A program made the position numbers and the translations under genes. DNA of 45,962 nucleotides from Chiloscyllium plagiosum (taxonomy: Eukaryota). Shown piece by piece: positions 23,440 through 35,252 of the stretch (position 1 is the first letter of the stretch; each line of letters starts with the position of its first letter). The stretch is taken from positions 9,757,178-9,803,139 of the forward strand of contig NC_057720.1 of NCBI RefSeq assembly GCF_004010195.1, read 5' to 3'. The notes under the pieces are model-generated. The model made no database searches. It was not told the DNA's origin and saw nothing but the letters and a program-made list of their open reading frames with translations.

Positions 23440-24637
23440 TAGAATCCCTACAGTGTAGAAACAGGTCATTTGACTCAACAAGTCCACACCACCCTCTGAA
23501 GACATTCCACCCAAACCCATTTCCCTACCCTCTTATTCTACATTTCCCCTGACTAATGCACCGAACCAGGTAAAAACAAGGACTGCAGATGCTGGAAACC
23601 AGAGTCGAGATTAGAGTGGTGCTGGAATAGGACAGCAGGTCAGACAGCATCCGAGGACCAGGAAAATCGACATTTCGGGCATAGGCCCTTCATCAGGAAT
23701 AGAGGCAGGGTGTCTGCAGAGTGAGAGACCTGTGCCCACACCTCCTCCCTCACCTCCATCCAACGCACCAAAGGAGCCTTCCACATGCATCAAACTTTTA
23801 CCTGCACATCCACCAATATCATTTATTGTATCCGTTGCTCCCGATGCGGTTTCCTCTACATTGGGGAGACTGGACGCCTCTTAGCAGAGTGCTTTAGGGA
23901 ACATCTCCGAGACACCCGCACCAATCAACCACACCGCCCTGTGGCCCAACATTTCAACTCCCCCTCCCACTCTGCCGAGGACATGGAGGTCCTGGGCCTG
24001 CTTCACCGCTGCTCCCTCACCACCAGACGCCTGGAGGAAGAACGCCTCATCTTCCGCCTTGGAACACTTCAACCCCAGGGCATCAATGTGGATTTCACCA
24101 GTTTCCTCATTTCTCCTTCCCCCACCTCACCCCAGTTCCAAACTTCCAGCTCAGCACCACTGTCATGACCTGTCCTACCTGCCTATCTTCCTTTCCACCT
24201 ATCCACTCCACCCTCTGGCCTATCACCTACATCCTCACCCAAATTCACCTATTGTACTCTATGCTACTTTCTCCCTACCCCCAAACCCCCTCTCATTATT
24301 CTCTCCACTCTGCAGGCATCCTGCCTCTATTCCTGATGAAGGGCCTATGCCCGAAACGTCAATTTTCCTGCTCCTCTGATGCTGCCTAACCTGCTGTGCT
24401 TTTCCAGCACCACTCTAATCTAGACTAATGCACCTAACCTACAATCCCTAAACACAATGGGCAATTTAGCATGGCCAATCTACCCTAACCTGCATATCTT
24501 TGGACTGCGGGAGGAAACCCACGCAGACACAGCAGAATGTGCAATTTTCACACAGATAGATGCCCGAGGCAGGAGTCAAAATCGGGTCACTGGCACTGTG
24601 AGAATGCAGTGTTAACCACTGAGCCACTGTCCCACCC
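23440..24637 (-). mobile_element. HE1-type SINE split by a Neptune PLE
   Basis: Tail AGAATCCCTACAGTGTAGAAACAGG at ~23442 and head AACCACTGAGCCAC at ~24614-24627. The body is continuous across 23568-24422. Confidence 0.8.
23568..24422 (+). mobile_element. Penelope-like element (Neptune type): inverted 5' pLTR + GIY-YIG endonuclease + 3' pLTR
   Basis: ORF 23785-24168 reads FTCTSTNIIYCIRCSRCGFLYIGETGR.L..CFREH...VAQHFN...EERLIFRLGTLQPQGIN. Inverted arms at ~23600-23723 and 24306-24426. 17-bp TSD GACTAATGCACC(G/T)AACC at 23551-67 and 24423-39. Hammerhead core at 24333. Confidence 0.92.
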
Positions 24638-25982
24638 GTAGATGAAAGTCTAGGGCTAAATTCTCCAAAATGCTGGAAAAGGCCATGTAAAATGATCCAC
24701 CATTACATATTTTGTGCACAATTTCGCCTTGTGCTCTTTATGCCAAGATAGTCACTCAATTGTTTGGCCAAAGAGTTTGCACTACACTCCCACACAGACT
24801 GAACAATGGTGTATGGCTGCCAGAAATCATTTCAGTTCAGATTTTCCAAAAGGTGTTAAGAGAGATTTATCCACAATATTCAGACTAGACTGAAACCCAG
24901 TTCTCCAGGGTGAGGGAGCAGTGCCTCAGAAATGGGACTTTAACTCACTTGACCACCCACTCATCAGCTTGTAAGCATTTGAAATTGAATTTCAGGTTCA
25001 CCTATCTCCAGGTCATACATATAAACAATTTTATTTGACATCTCCATTGCTCTTTGGCTGTCATGTTATGATATTAAAGCTGAGCGTGTTGACATTGGTG
25101 CATCTCGCTGTGTTACCATCAGAGTTATCATCCTTCATTGCTCTTAATAATATGTCCTTCACATGACTAAAATGACAAAATGATAGATTGTTGTGGATAT
25201 TTTCTTGAGGGCGGGGGACGGAATACTGGGTGGTGTGGCAGGATTTTCATTATAGGTTAAGTTGACTTCAGTGTCCCAGCAGGGGAAATTGAGGATATCC
25301 CATTGAATGCAGTTCAATTTCTGCATCGACGTACGAGGGAGGATGTCACTGAAACTAAACAAATAGTCCTTTTTTTTATTATTTGTTCACAGGATGTTGG
25401 CAAGGCCACATTATTGCCTATCCCACAATCCCCAATCACCTAGTGATGTAAAAAGGTTGGCTCACTTCAAAAAGGTTTTTTTTTAAACAGGATAATAGTG
25501 TTAATCAGCAATGTTTAGCTTTCTCACAGTGAAAACAGGCCTCAGAAAATAAGCAGACTTCAGACTTCAGGCTTCAGACTTCAGCTTGAAGAGCTGCAAT
25601 CGCAGGGAATGACACCTCTTCCCCACTGCCCCAAACTACCTGTAGGCCCATAGATTGGGTCAATCCCAGAATCCTTCTGATCATCGCCAGCACTCTCCTG
25701 AGAACTCGATGCTGACAATGAGATGTTCTCAAGCATTCCAGACACACTCCCTGGGTTCTCGTCAAATAACGACTGAGTGACAAAGTCCACAGTTTTCTAA
25801 GAGAAAAGTACCCAAAGTGGGAAAAATACATAATTATCTTCGCCGGGAACAATTTTATTCACTTTCAGTAATGGGCTTTCTGAAAAATAGCCATTCCAAC
25901 CTTGAAACATTAACTCTGCTTTCTCTGCACAGATGCTGCCAGACCTGCTGAATTTCCTCCAGCATTTTCTGGTTTAGATCAG

Positions 25983-26323
25983 AGAATCCCTACAGAGCAG
26001 ACAGAGGCCATTCAGTCCATTGAATCTGCTCTAACCCACTGAAGACAATTGCACCCAGACTCACTCCTCACAACCCTGTATTTCCCATGGCTAATCCACT
26101 CAGCCTGTACACCCCAAATCACAACAGGACAATTTAACGTGGCCAATTCGCCTAATCTGCACACCTTTGGACTGTGGGAGGAAACCGGAGCACCCAGGGG
26201 AAACCCATGTAGACACAGGGAAAATGTGCAAACTCCTCATATATAGGCACCCAAGGGTGAAATTTAACCTCTGTACCTGGTGCTATGAGGCAATAGTGCT
26301 AACCACTGAGCCACTGTGCCACC
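25983..26323 (-). mobile_element. HE1-type SINE
   Basis: Reverse-complement V-domain GGAAACCGGAGCACCCAGGGGAAACCCA...TGTGCAAACTCC and head AGTGCTAACCACTGAGCCAC. Confidence 0.85.
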
Positions 26324-26344
26324 CTAGATCTCTAGAAGCCACTG

Positions 26345-26810
26345 ATCTTTGTTCTATTTTATGCCCTTGACATTCAATAACATTCCTAAGGCTGAATCCT
26401 CCACTCTCAACATCTTGGAGGTTGACGTTGACCTGAAACTGAACTGGGCCAGCCATACTCATACTGCAGCCACAAGGGCAGGTCAAAGGTTGGAAATTTC
26501 TGCAGTGTGGAACTCCCCTCCTGACCATTTACAAGCTACAACTTATTTGACGCAATTAATTCCCACTTGCCTGGGAACTGAGTTGCATTCCTCTCAAGAT
26601 ACACAACTGTATCCAGACAAAGCAGCCCAAATGATTAACATGCCATCGGCCAATTTAAACAAGCATTCCCTTTATCACTGATGCAAGGTGGCAGCAGTGA
26701 GTATCACCGGCAGAGCGCACAGCAGTGACTCATTAAAAAGTCTATTCCATAGCACCTTCCAAGCCCCTGACCTCTACCATCTAGAGGGACAAGGGCAGGA
26801 GTTGTATGGT
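26345..26810 (+). mobile_element. LINE family B fragment
   Basis: ORF 26349-26681 reads AESSTLNILEVDVDLKLNWASH...ATRAGQRL...DKAAQMI...NKHSLYH, a decayed RT C-terminal region. Confidence 0.7.
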
Positions 26811-26954
26811 GCTGAAAGGGTTAATGTTAGAGACTGCTTTTAGCTGCCCCCAGTCTGATGATGTTCAAAAATCTTTGAGTGGAGAAGGAGCAGCCCGGTA
26901 AAGATGGAGGTAAATGTCACATCTCTGGATTCTGTTGGTCTTTGGAATGAGAGA

Positions 26955-27490
26955 CAGAGAGTCATAGGGAAGTACAGCATGGAAACAGACCCTTCAGTTC
27001 AACTCGTCCATGCTGAGCAGATATCCTAACTTAATCCAGTCCCATTTACGAGCATTTGGCCCATATCCTTCTAAAGCCTTTCTATTCATATACCCATCCA
27101 GATGCCTTTTAAATGCTATAATTGTACCAGCCTCCACCATTTTCTTTGGAAACTCAGTCCATTCATGCACCACCCTCTGCATGAAAACGTTGCCCCTTAG
27201 GTCCCTTTTAAATCATTCCCCCCTCACCCTCAACCTATTCCGCTCAGTTTCAGACTCCCTCACTCCAGGAAAAAGACCTTGTCTCATCACCCTATCCATG
27301 CCCCTCATGATTTTATAAACCTCTATAAGCTCACGCCTCAGCCGCTGACGCTCCAGGGAAAAGAACCCCAGTCTACTCAGCCCCTCCCAATGGCTCAAAT
27401 CTTCCAACTCTGTCAACATTCTCTAAATCTTTTCTGAACCCTTTCAAGTTTCACAACATCTTTACAATAGCAGGGAGACCAGAACTGAAA
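26955..27490 (-). mobile_element. CR1 (HER1-like) 3' fragment
   Basis: Minus-strand ORFs give LSRLGFFSLERQRLRRELIEVYKIMRGMDRV and QRVVHEW.E.P...VEAGTI.AFKRHLDGYM. Confidence 0.88.
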
Positions 27491-27783
27491 CGAGACCCAA
27501 TTTGGACCCGTTTCTATCATACAATAAATTAGTGAGTTTTGAGAAGATTTGTAGCTCAGGTTGAGGTTCTGAATGTAGGTTTGCTCGCTGAGCTGGAAGG
27601 TTCATTTCCAGACATTTCGTCACCCTACTAGGTAACATCTTCAGTAAGCCTCAGGTGAAGCACTGTACATGATTCCTGCTTTCTATTTATATGTTTGGGT
27701 TTCATTGGGTTGGTGATGTCATTTCCTGTATGGTGTCATTTCCTGTGGTGGTGTCATTTCCTGTTCTTTTTCTCAGGGGGTGG

Positions 27784-28690
27784 CCCAGATGGCCTCCTTC
27801 TTCAAAGACCGCAATTTCCTCTCAGATGTGGTTGACAATGCTCTCCACCGCATCTCCTCCACTTCCTGCTCCTCCACCCTTGAGCCCCGCCCCTCCAATC
27901 ACCACCAGGACAGAACCCCACTGGTCCTCACCTACCACCCCACCAATCTCCAGATACATCGTATCATCCTTCGTCATTTCCGCCACCTCCAAACAGACCC
28001 CACCACCAAGGATATATTTCCCTCCCCTCCCCNNNNNNNNNNNNNNNNNNNNNNNNNNNNNNNNNNNNNNNNNNNNNNNNNNNNNNNNNNNNNNNNNNNN
28101 NNNNNNNNNNNNNNNNNNNNNNNNNNNNNNNNNNNNNNNNNNNNNNNNNNNNNNNNNNNNNNNNNNNNNNNNNNNNNNNNNNNNNNNNNNNNNNNNNNNN
28201 NNNNNNNNNNNNNNNNNNNNNNNNNNNNNNNNNNNNNNNNNNNNNNNNNNNNNNNNNNNNNNNNNNNNNNNNNNNNNNNNNNNNNNNNNNNNNNNNNNNN
28301 NNNNNNNNNNNNNNNNNNNNNNNNNNNNNNNNNNNNNNNNNNNNNNNNNNNNNNNNNCCCCCACCTTATCTCAGTCCCAACCCTCGGACTCAGCACCGTC
28401 TTCTTGACCTGCAATCTTCTTCCCAACCTCTCCGCCCCCACCACCTCTCCGGCCTATCACCCTCACCTTAACTTCCTTCCACCTATCACATTCCCAACGC
28501 CCCTCCCCCAAGTCCCTCCTCCCTACCTTTTATCTTAGCCTACTTGGCACACCTTTCTCATTCCTGAAGAAGGGCTTATGCCCGAAACGTCGATTCTCCT
28601 GCTCCTTGGATGCTGCCTGACCTGCTGCGCTTTTCCAGCAACATATTTTTCAGCTCTAATCTCCAGCACCTGCAGTCCTCACTTTCTCCT
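27784..28690 (+). mobile_element. Neptune-type PLE nested inside the Poseidon-type PLE
   Basis: Encodes QMASFFKDRNF...VDNAL.RIS...DRTPLVLTYHPTNLQIHRIILRHFRHLQTDPTTKDIFPSPP. The 3' pLTR carries CTGAAGAAGGGCTTATGCCCGAAACGTC. GGGTGG is duplicated at 27778-83 and 28691-96. Confidence 0.85.
28033..28357. other. Assembly gap (325 N)
   Basis: Run of N inside the nested Neptune element. Confidence 1.
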
Positions 28691-30200
28691 GGGTGGTAGA
28701 TGGGGTCTAACTCGATGTGTTTGTTAGATTCTGATTGGAATGCCATGCTTCTAGGAATTCTCATGCGTGTCTCTGTTTGACTTGGCCTAAGATGGATGTG
28801 TTGTCCCAGTCAATGTGGTGTCCTTCCTCATCTGCATGTAAGGATACTAGTGAGAATGGGTCATGTCATTTTGTGGCTAATTGGTGTTCATGTGGCTAGT
28901 TTTCTGCCTGGTTGTCCAATGTAGTGTTTGTTTCAGTTCTTGCATGGTATTTTATAAATGACATTTGTTTTGCTTGTTGTCTGTATCGGGTCTTTCAAGT
29001 TCATTAGGTGCTATTTTAGTGTGTTGGTGGGTTTGTGGGCTACAAAACATGTCCAGTAACCCTAACAGACAAAACGCGTCCAGAAACCCTAACTAATCTC
29101 CCCTACATCAAAGACATCTCGGAAATGATTGCCTGACTACTCAGACCTCTTGGCATCATGGTAGTCCACAAACCCACCAACACACTAAAACATAAGCTAA
29201 TGAACTTGAAATACTGTGCAAGGACTGTAACAAACACTACATTGGACAAACAGGTAGAAAACTAGCCACCAGGATACATGAACACCAACTAGCCACAAAT
29301 ATAAGGAAGGACACCCTTTGACTGGGACAACACATCCATCTTAGGACAAGCCAAACAGAGACACGCATGAGAATTCCTAGAAGCATGGCATTCCAACCAG
29401 AACTCTATCAACAAACGCATTGAGTTAGACCCCATCTACCACCCCCTGAGAAAAAGAACAGGAAATGACACCACCACAGGAAATGACATCACCAACCCAA
29501 AGAAACCCAAACATATAAATAGTAAGCAGGAATCATGTACAGTGCCATCACCTGAGGCCCACTGAAGATGTTACCTGGTAGGGTGACGAAACATCTGGAA
29601 ATGAACCTTCGAACTCAGCGAGCAAACCTAAATCCATACAATAAATTACATGTTGTTGTGAGGTTAAGTGCCTCTTTTTTAAGACTCAACAATGATGTAT
29701 CCTCTATCACTACTGACTAGGTAGTCCATTAACCTCAGGTAATAATATCTCTGAACAGGTTGATTAGAAATATCCCCATGGAGGCTATGATGTAGAATAC
29801 AGAATTCGGCCATGACAAACTGACAACATGACTGTCAAATTGTAGCGAAGTGAAGGGTCCTTGTGGTGGAAAGATAATGTCCCAAACTAGACCAGAAGTC
29901 TGGGTTCAAATCCTACCTGCTCCAAAGGTTTGTTTAACAGGTTAAGTTAGAAAATGCTCAAGAACCGTGTCAGACTCTAATCAACTTGCCCAGAGACATT
30001 TTGACACACCTCTGGAACAGGAGGGAATTGAACCCACGGCTCCTAGCTCAGAGGTAAGGATATTACCACTGCACCCCTAGGGCCCCAAGCCACACAATGT
30101 TAGCCCCAACTCAGATTATGCTGGCCACGGTAGTTTGCCATAACATGTCCCACCAGTTAATTACGGGAACTCCCTCTCCAACACCACATGGAGTACAGTA

Positions 30201-30419
30201 CAGGTCGTTCTGCTATGACACACTCTTTATTAACATAGGTTTGTTATAATGCGATCGATGAATTGGGGACACTGTTTCTAATGCGTGAACTTTTAAATTG
30301 TGTGTTGACTGTAATGCAATTACCTCGCTAACACTTTAAGCGCTGTCTCTAAAGCACAATGTTTCTATAATGCGAGGTTGCACAAGAATGCAATCATGGC
30401 GTTATAGAAGGATTAACTG
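30201..30419. mobile_element. TA-flanked MITE (219 bp), related sister family
   Basis: TA-CAGGTCGTTCTGCTATGAC ... GTTATAGAAGGATTAACTG-TA. Same length and similar TIRs as 17583 and 42821, with a diverged interior. Confidence 0.65.
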
Positions 30420-30589
30420 TAGTTTGAGAAGACAATGCAATTAGGAATGAGCACTAACTTCTTGACTGGCCAGTGATGCACATGTCCTGTGAATGAATAA
30501 AACTAGGAGTCCTTGCCTGGTTTGAGTCGGGGGTAGATTCAGGAATGAGAAACTAACCCTACCTCTTTTTCCAATCTGGAGGGAAAACG

Positions 30590-30980
30590 CTGACCAAAAT
30601 ATTTCAGAGATGAAACGAGTTGGATAGACTGGGGTTGCTTTCCTTGAGCAGAGGAGACTGAGAGGGAACATGATTGAAGTGTTTAAAATGATGATCAACA
30701 TAGATAGGGTAGACAGGAAAAGGCTTTTACTCCTGATGGAGGGTCGGTGACCAGAGGGCATCGGTTTAAGGTGAGGGTAGAAGGTTTAGAGGAGACGCGA
30801 AAAAAAATCTCTTCACCCAGAGGTTGGTAGGAATCTGGAACACACTCCTGTAAAGTTGGGAGAGGCAGAAACCCTCATGGCATTGAAGAAGTATTAAGAT
30901 GTGCACCTGTGATGTCAAGGCTTACAACGCTATAAACCAAATGCTGGAAAATGAGATTTGAATAGTGAGGTGTCTGGGGC
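30590..30980 (+). mobile_element. CR1 LINE 3' fragment
   Basis: AGACTGGGGTTGCTTTCCTTGAGCAGAGGAGACTGAGAGGG...ACCAGAGGGCAT...TTCACCCAGAGG...ATCTGGAAC. Confidence 0.75.
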
Positions 30981-30984
30981 AGAC

Positions 30985-31452
30985 ATAGAATCATAGAGAT
31001 GTACAACATGGAAACAGACCCTTCGGCCCAACCCGTCCATGCTGGCCAGACATCCTAATCTAATCTAGTAACATTTGCCAGCACTTGGTTCATATCCCTC
31101 TAAACTCTTCCTATTCATATATCCATCCAGATGCCTTTTAAATGTTATAATTGTACCAACCTCCGCCACTTCCTCGGCAGTTCATTCCATACATGCACCA
31201 CCCTCTGTGCGAAAATGTTGCCCCTTAGGTCTCTTTTAAATTTACCCCTATCATCCCAAACCTATGCCCTCTAGTTCTGGACTTCCCCACCCCAGGGAAA
31301 AGAATTTGTCTATTTGTCCTATCCATGCCCCTCATGATTTTATAAATCTCTAAACGGTCATCCCTCAGCCTCTGATGCTCCAGGGAAAACAGCCCCAGGC
31401 TATTCATCCTCTCCCTATAGCTCAAATCCTCCAACTTTGGCAACATCCTTGT
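30985..31452 (-). mobile_element. CR1 (HER1-like) 3' fragment
   Basis: ORF 31225-31506 reads LEDLSYRERMNSLGLFSLEHQRLR.D.LEIYKIMRGMDR...SRTRGHRF. Tail CATAGAATCATAGAG. Confidence 0.88.
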
Positions 31453-31763
31453 ATACGATGGGCTGAAGGGCCTTTTTCCATGCTGCAGAACCCTATGACT
31501 CCACAAGGCAGCAAAATATATGAAAGAAACAATTAAGTTATTCCAACGAAGTCTGGTGGCACTGGTTTTGTTTCTGATGAAGAATCTAATGGGCCCAAGC
31601 CTTGCTCTGCAGTTGAAATAGAAGTGAATTTGATGAACTAAGTAAAAGAATAATCTTGCTCTCAGATATCACATCTTTCAATCTCAGGGTAGGTAGACTC
31701 AGATTACAGTCAGTAAGATACTCTTTGAAGTGTAGTCACCATTGTAACGTAGGAAACGCATCA

Positions 31764-31930
31764 AAGGAGAAAGTGAGGACTGCAGATGTTGGAGATCAGA
31801 GTCAAGAGTGTGTTGTTGGAAAAGCACAGCCGGTCACGCAGCATCCGAAGAGCAGGGGAATTGATGTTTCGGGCAAAAGCCCTTCATCAGCCCGCCTGGT
31901 CCTCGGATGCTGCCTGAACTGCTGTGCTTC
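31764..31930 (-). mobile_element. Neptune-type pLTR with a short inverted partial copy
   Basis: Minus strand reads CTGATGAAGGGCTTTTGCCCGAAACATC...CTGCAGTCCTCACTTTCTCCT, followed on the plus strand by TCCTCGGATGCTGCCTGAACTGCTGTGCTT. Confidence 0.75.
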
Positions 31931-32901
31931 ACAAACACGTCATAGGGTCTGTGCCTGGCAAGATTCTTGGCATTTGTGTCTGGGGGCTAAGTGTTGGCCA
32001 ACCATCAAGCAAAACTTTAATGCAAAAGCAAATTATGCTGATTGCTAGAAATCTGAGAGATGTGGATAGATCTTGAAATCTGAGGCCTGTAATGGCCTTT
32101 ATGGTAAAGATTTCAGAGGGTAGTGAATCTATGGAATTCTTTTCCACAGAGGGCTGTCAAGACTAGGTCATTAAGTATATTCAAGGCTGAGATTAACAAA
32201 TTTTTAATCAGTAATGGAATTGGAAAAGGCAAGAAGGTGGAGTTGAGGATTATCAGATCAGTCATAATTTCATTGAATGGCAGAGCACAGTCAATGGGCC
32301 AAAAGGATCTTATGATTATATGGATTCATGGTCTAAAAATTGAAACAATCAGCAACATCTCAGGGCAGAGGAACCTAATTAACACTCCAGGTCAATGACC
32401 ACTCTTCACAACCAAAGACAGTTGATTATGTAATGCTGTTGTGAATAACAATTCCCCTATCCTGCTTTGGATTGTTGCTGCAAGACCTCTGAAGCTGATT
32501 TTATAGGACAAAGAGAACTTTAGTTTAACATCTCCACTAGAAGTGAGCCTGATCATACAGCTCCAGAGTAGTGCTCTTCTACCACTGTAGTCTAAAACTA
32601 CAGTGCCAACACTCTCTCTCTCGAGCCAAAACGTTGGGAGTTCAATCCCATTCCAGGGGCTTTAGCACAAAAATTGTGGTTAACAGTCCAGTCCGAAAAG
32701 CAATGATGACCCATTAAGCCAAAGGTGCAATCTGTCCTTTCAGACTATCAAAGCAGATCCCATGACCTTATTTTGAAGATAATTCAGGGAATTAACCCCA
32801 GTGCTCTGGCCAATAGTTATCCTTCAATCACCAAACACAGACTATCTGGTTATTATCATGTTGCTTTATGCTGCGGAATCCTCCTACCGGGTATTGAATC
32901 C

Positions 32902-33228
32902 CAGAATCCCTATAGTGCAGATAGAGGCCATTCAGCCGACTGAGTCTATGCCAACCCTCCAAGAGCATCCTACCCAATCCCATCCTGTCCCCATACCCCA
33001 CATTCCCCATGGCTAATCAACCCAGCCTGCACGTCCCTGGACACTATGTCAATTTCCAATGGCCAGTCCACCTGACCTGCCCATCTTTGGACCGTTGGAG
33101 GAAACAGAGCACCCGGCAAAAAACAGAGAGAGAGATGTGCAAACTCCACACACAGTCACGCACGTCTGGAATCAAACCTGGCTCCCTGGTGCTATGAGGC
33201 GGTAGTACTGACCACTGAGCCACCATGC
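32902..33228 (-). mobile_element. HE1-type SINE
   Basis: AGAATCCCTATAGTGCAG tail, TGTGCAAACTCCACACA V-domain and ACCACTGAGCCACCATGCC head. Confidence 0.8.
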
Positions 33229-33760
33229 CATTACCTGCTTGGTTTCCTACTGTAAAATAGAGACACTGCCTAAACCTGAAGGAAGGCCTGATCTGCAGCA
33301 CCATAATCTCCAAGATGGGGCAAGAATGCAGACCTCAAATCCAGTCTAACTCTTGCAGGGTTCAAACCCCCTCCTGGTAGCAACAATTTGATCCATTTTG
33401 GTCAACTGACCAACTGAGACAACTCAAGGAATTTATGTTGCTGTAACAACATACACTTTTACACACATAATGTAGTCTGGAGTGATGGGAAATGTTAGGA
33501 GGGACTCTAACATTCTTCCTATCACATGGTTGACTAGGAGTCTTGTCTACTCTTCCCATTAGCACGCATTGGAAGAATTTTCAGACTGAAACTCCACCTG
33601 CTCAGCCATGTTACAAAGGCACCTTTCTGGGCCTCAAGCAGAACTTGAAATTACAGTGACTACACTTCCAGACATATTGCATTGGTTGTCAGACAGTGTT
33701 AATGTGAGTTTTTCTTCTTATTGAAGATGGCTTGAATGACAGGTAATCTTTCTATTGCAG

Positions 33761-33913
33761 ATGACGATGAATGTCAGAATGCAACCTTGACATGTGGACA
33801 GAATGCGACCTGCACCAATACACATGGGAGTTATTACTGCACGTGCGTAGAAGGCTATGTGTCTTCACAACATAAGAAAGAGTTCACTCCGAACGATGGC
33901 ACCACTTGCCAAG
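33761..33913 (+). CDS. ADGRL4: ADGRL4/ELTD1 internal exon: calcium-binding EGF domain (153 bp, phase 1-1)
   Basis: Acceptor TCTTTCTATTGCAG| and donor CAAG|GTATGA. Encodes DDDECQNATLTCGQNATCTNTHGSYYCTCVEGYVSSQHKKEFTPNDGTTCQ with all 6 Cys. Colinear without gaps to recalled human ELTD1 DDNECGNLTQSCGENANCTNTEGSYYCMCVPGFRSSSNQDRFITNDGTVCI. Confidence 0.92.
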
Positions 33914-34199
33914 GTATGAACAGCAACTTGCTCGAGTTTCGGATCGCATTTGAATCCGTAAACCCTACTTTAAAGGAAAGTGTGCAATCTGAAAATTTGT
34001 AATATAAACGGGACACACTGAAGTACAAGAAATAGGATCAGGAGTAAAACAGAAATGTTGTCAAACCAGTCCATCATTCAACGTGATCATGACTGATCTT
34101 GGGATCCAACTCCACTTTCTCCCAGATTCCCCACTTCCCTTGATTCCCTCAGAGACCAAACTTCTGTCCACCTCACCTTAAATGTCCTAAAAGATGGAG

Positions 34200-34482
34200 G
34201 AGCTGGTGTTGGACTGAGGTGTACAAAGTTAAAAATCACACAACACCACGTAATAGTCCAACAGGTTTGTTTAGAAGCACTAGCTTTCAGAGCACTGCCC
34301 CTTCAACAGGTGGCTGTGGAGCAGAATCATAGGACACAGAATTTGTGGCAAAAGATTACCATGCCATGCAACTGAAATGATATATTGAACAAACCTAGAT
34401 TGTTCATTCTGTGTCTTATGATCCTGCTCCACAGCTGCCTGATGAAGGAGCAGTGCTCCAAACGCTAGTGCTTCCAGATAAA
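34200..34482. mobile_element. PLE family-A inverted mini-element with ~14-bp TSD, inserted in a CR1 fragment
   Basis: Minus arm ~34200-34342 and plus arm ~34406-34485. CCTAAAAGATG(G/A)AG occurs at 34186-99 and 34483-96. Hammerhead cores are decayed in both arms. Confidence 0.8.
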
Positions 34483-35252
34483 CCTAAAAGATGAAGCAAT
34501 ACCCCAACCCTCTGGAGTAGAAAATTCCAAAATGTCACAATCCTTTGACTGACATGCGGCAGGGTCAGAAAAGAAGTGTGTGGAGGATAACTACAGATGT
34601 ACACCCAACAGGGCAAGTGGCCTGTTTCTATGCTGTTAGCTTGGAGTTAGATCAGAGAATTGATGGGTCAGATCAGAAATTTCTCCTCATAGCACTTCTA
34701 AATGATCAGCCCTTTCGCCAGAGGCTGTGCCCTTGTGTTCTCGATTTCCTGAGCACTGACCACTCTCTAAGTGTCTACCACGCTCTTCAGAATATTGTAT
34801 GGTTCAGTCAGATCACCTTCCATTCCTTCAGTTTATTCAGCCCGTTGTGACCAGATGGGGTTTGTGGAAGCACACACCTTACCCATCATCTCTGGGTAAA
34901 AACATTTCTCCTGAGTATCATGTCAGAGTTAGCAGCCAGTGTCTGATATTTATGACGTCTTGCTGTGGATGGAATTATCTTCCCTTGATCCCCATTGTAA
35001 TACGAATGACCTCTATTTTGTTGAACATGGAGAACAGAATAAAGCTGTAGGAGTCAGTGATTCAGTCCATTGGGTTTTAACCCCCTCCTCATTCCTACCT
35101 AGTTTTGTGGCATCAGCTAACTTGGAAATATTACATTTGATCTCCACATCCAAATCATTTGTACAGGCAGGGAACAGCTTGAGCACAAGGGCTAATCTTT
35201 GCAGCAGCACACTGGTCACAGTCTCCCAACCTGAGAATAGTCTGGTTTAAAT

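Larger units (their letters stand above)
27532..29634. mobile_element. Penelope/Poseidon-type PLE with long inverted arms and 14-bp TSD
   Basis: A minus-strand arm (27532-29043, interrupted) faces a plus-strand arm (~29044-29634) encoding decayed LPYIKDISE..RLLRPLGI, YIGQTGRKLATRIHEH and FLEAWHS..NSINK. CATACAATAAATTA is duplicated at 27518-31 and 29635-48. Hammerhead motif at 29559-29598. Confidence 0.88.

Noticed and set aside
25554..25585. CAGACTT-type short repeat and the (TAATC)n, (CTATGA)n, (CTATTGT)n runs as arrays or CRISPR
   Set aside because: These are simple microsatellites or retroposon tails with no spacers, in a eukaryotic context.
27691..28538. Long ORFs of 156-252 aa
   Set aside because: They are artefacts of translating through 325 N. 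The readable part is Neptune PLE sequence.
33761..33913. Assignment to ADGRE5/CD97, EMR1 or fibrillin
   Set aside because: The F..NDGT.C ending and the downstream CHL...C....IN.TL exon match ELTD1 specifically as I recall it. A shark-specific paralogue is not excluded without a search.
33736..34002. 88-aa ORF as a stand-alone EGF protein
   Set aside because: Only 33761-33913 is EGF-like and it is bounded by canonical splice sites. The rest is intron read-through.
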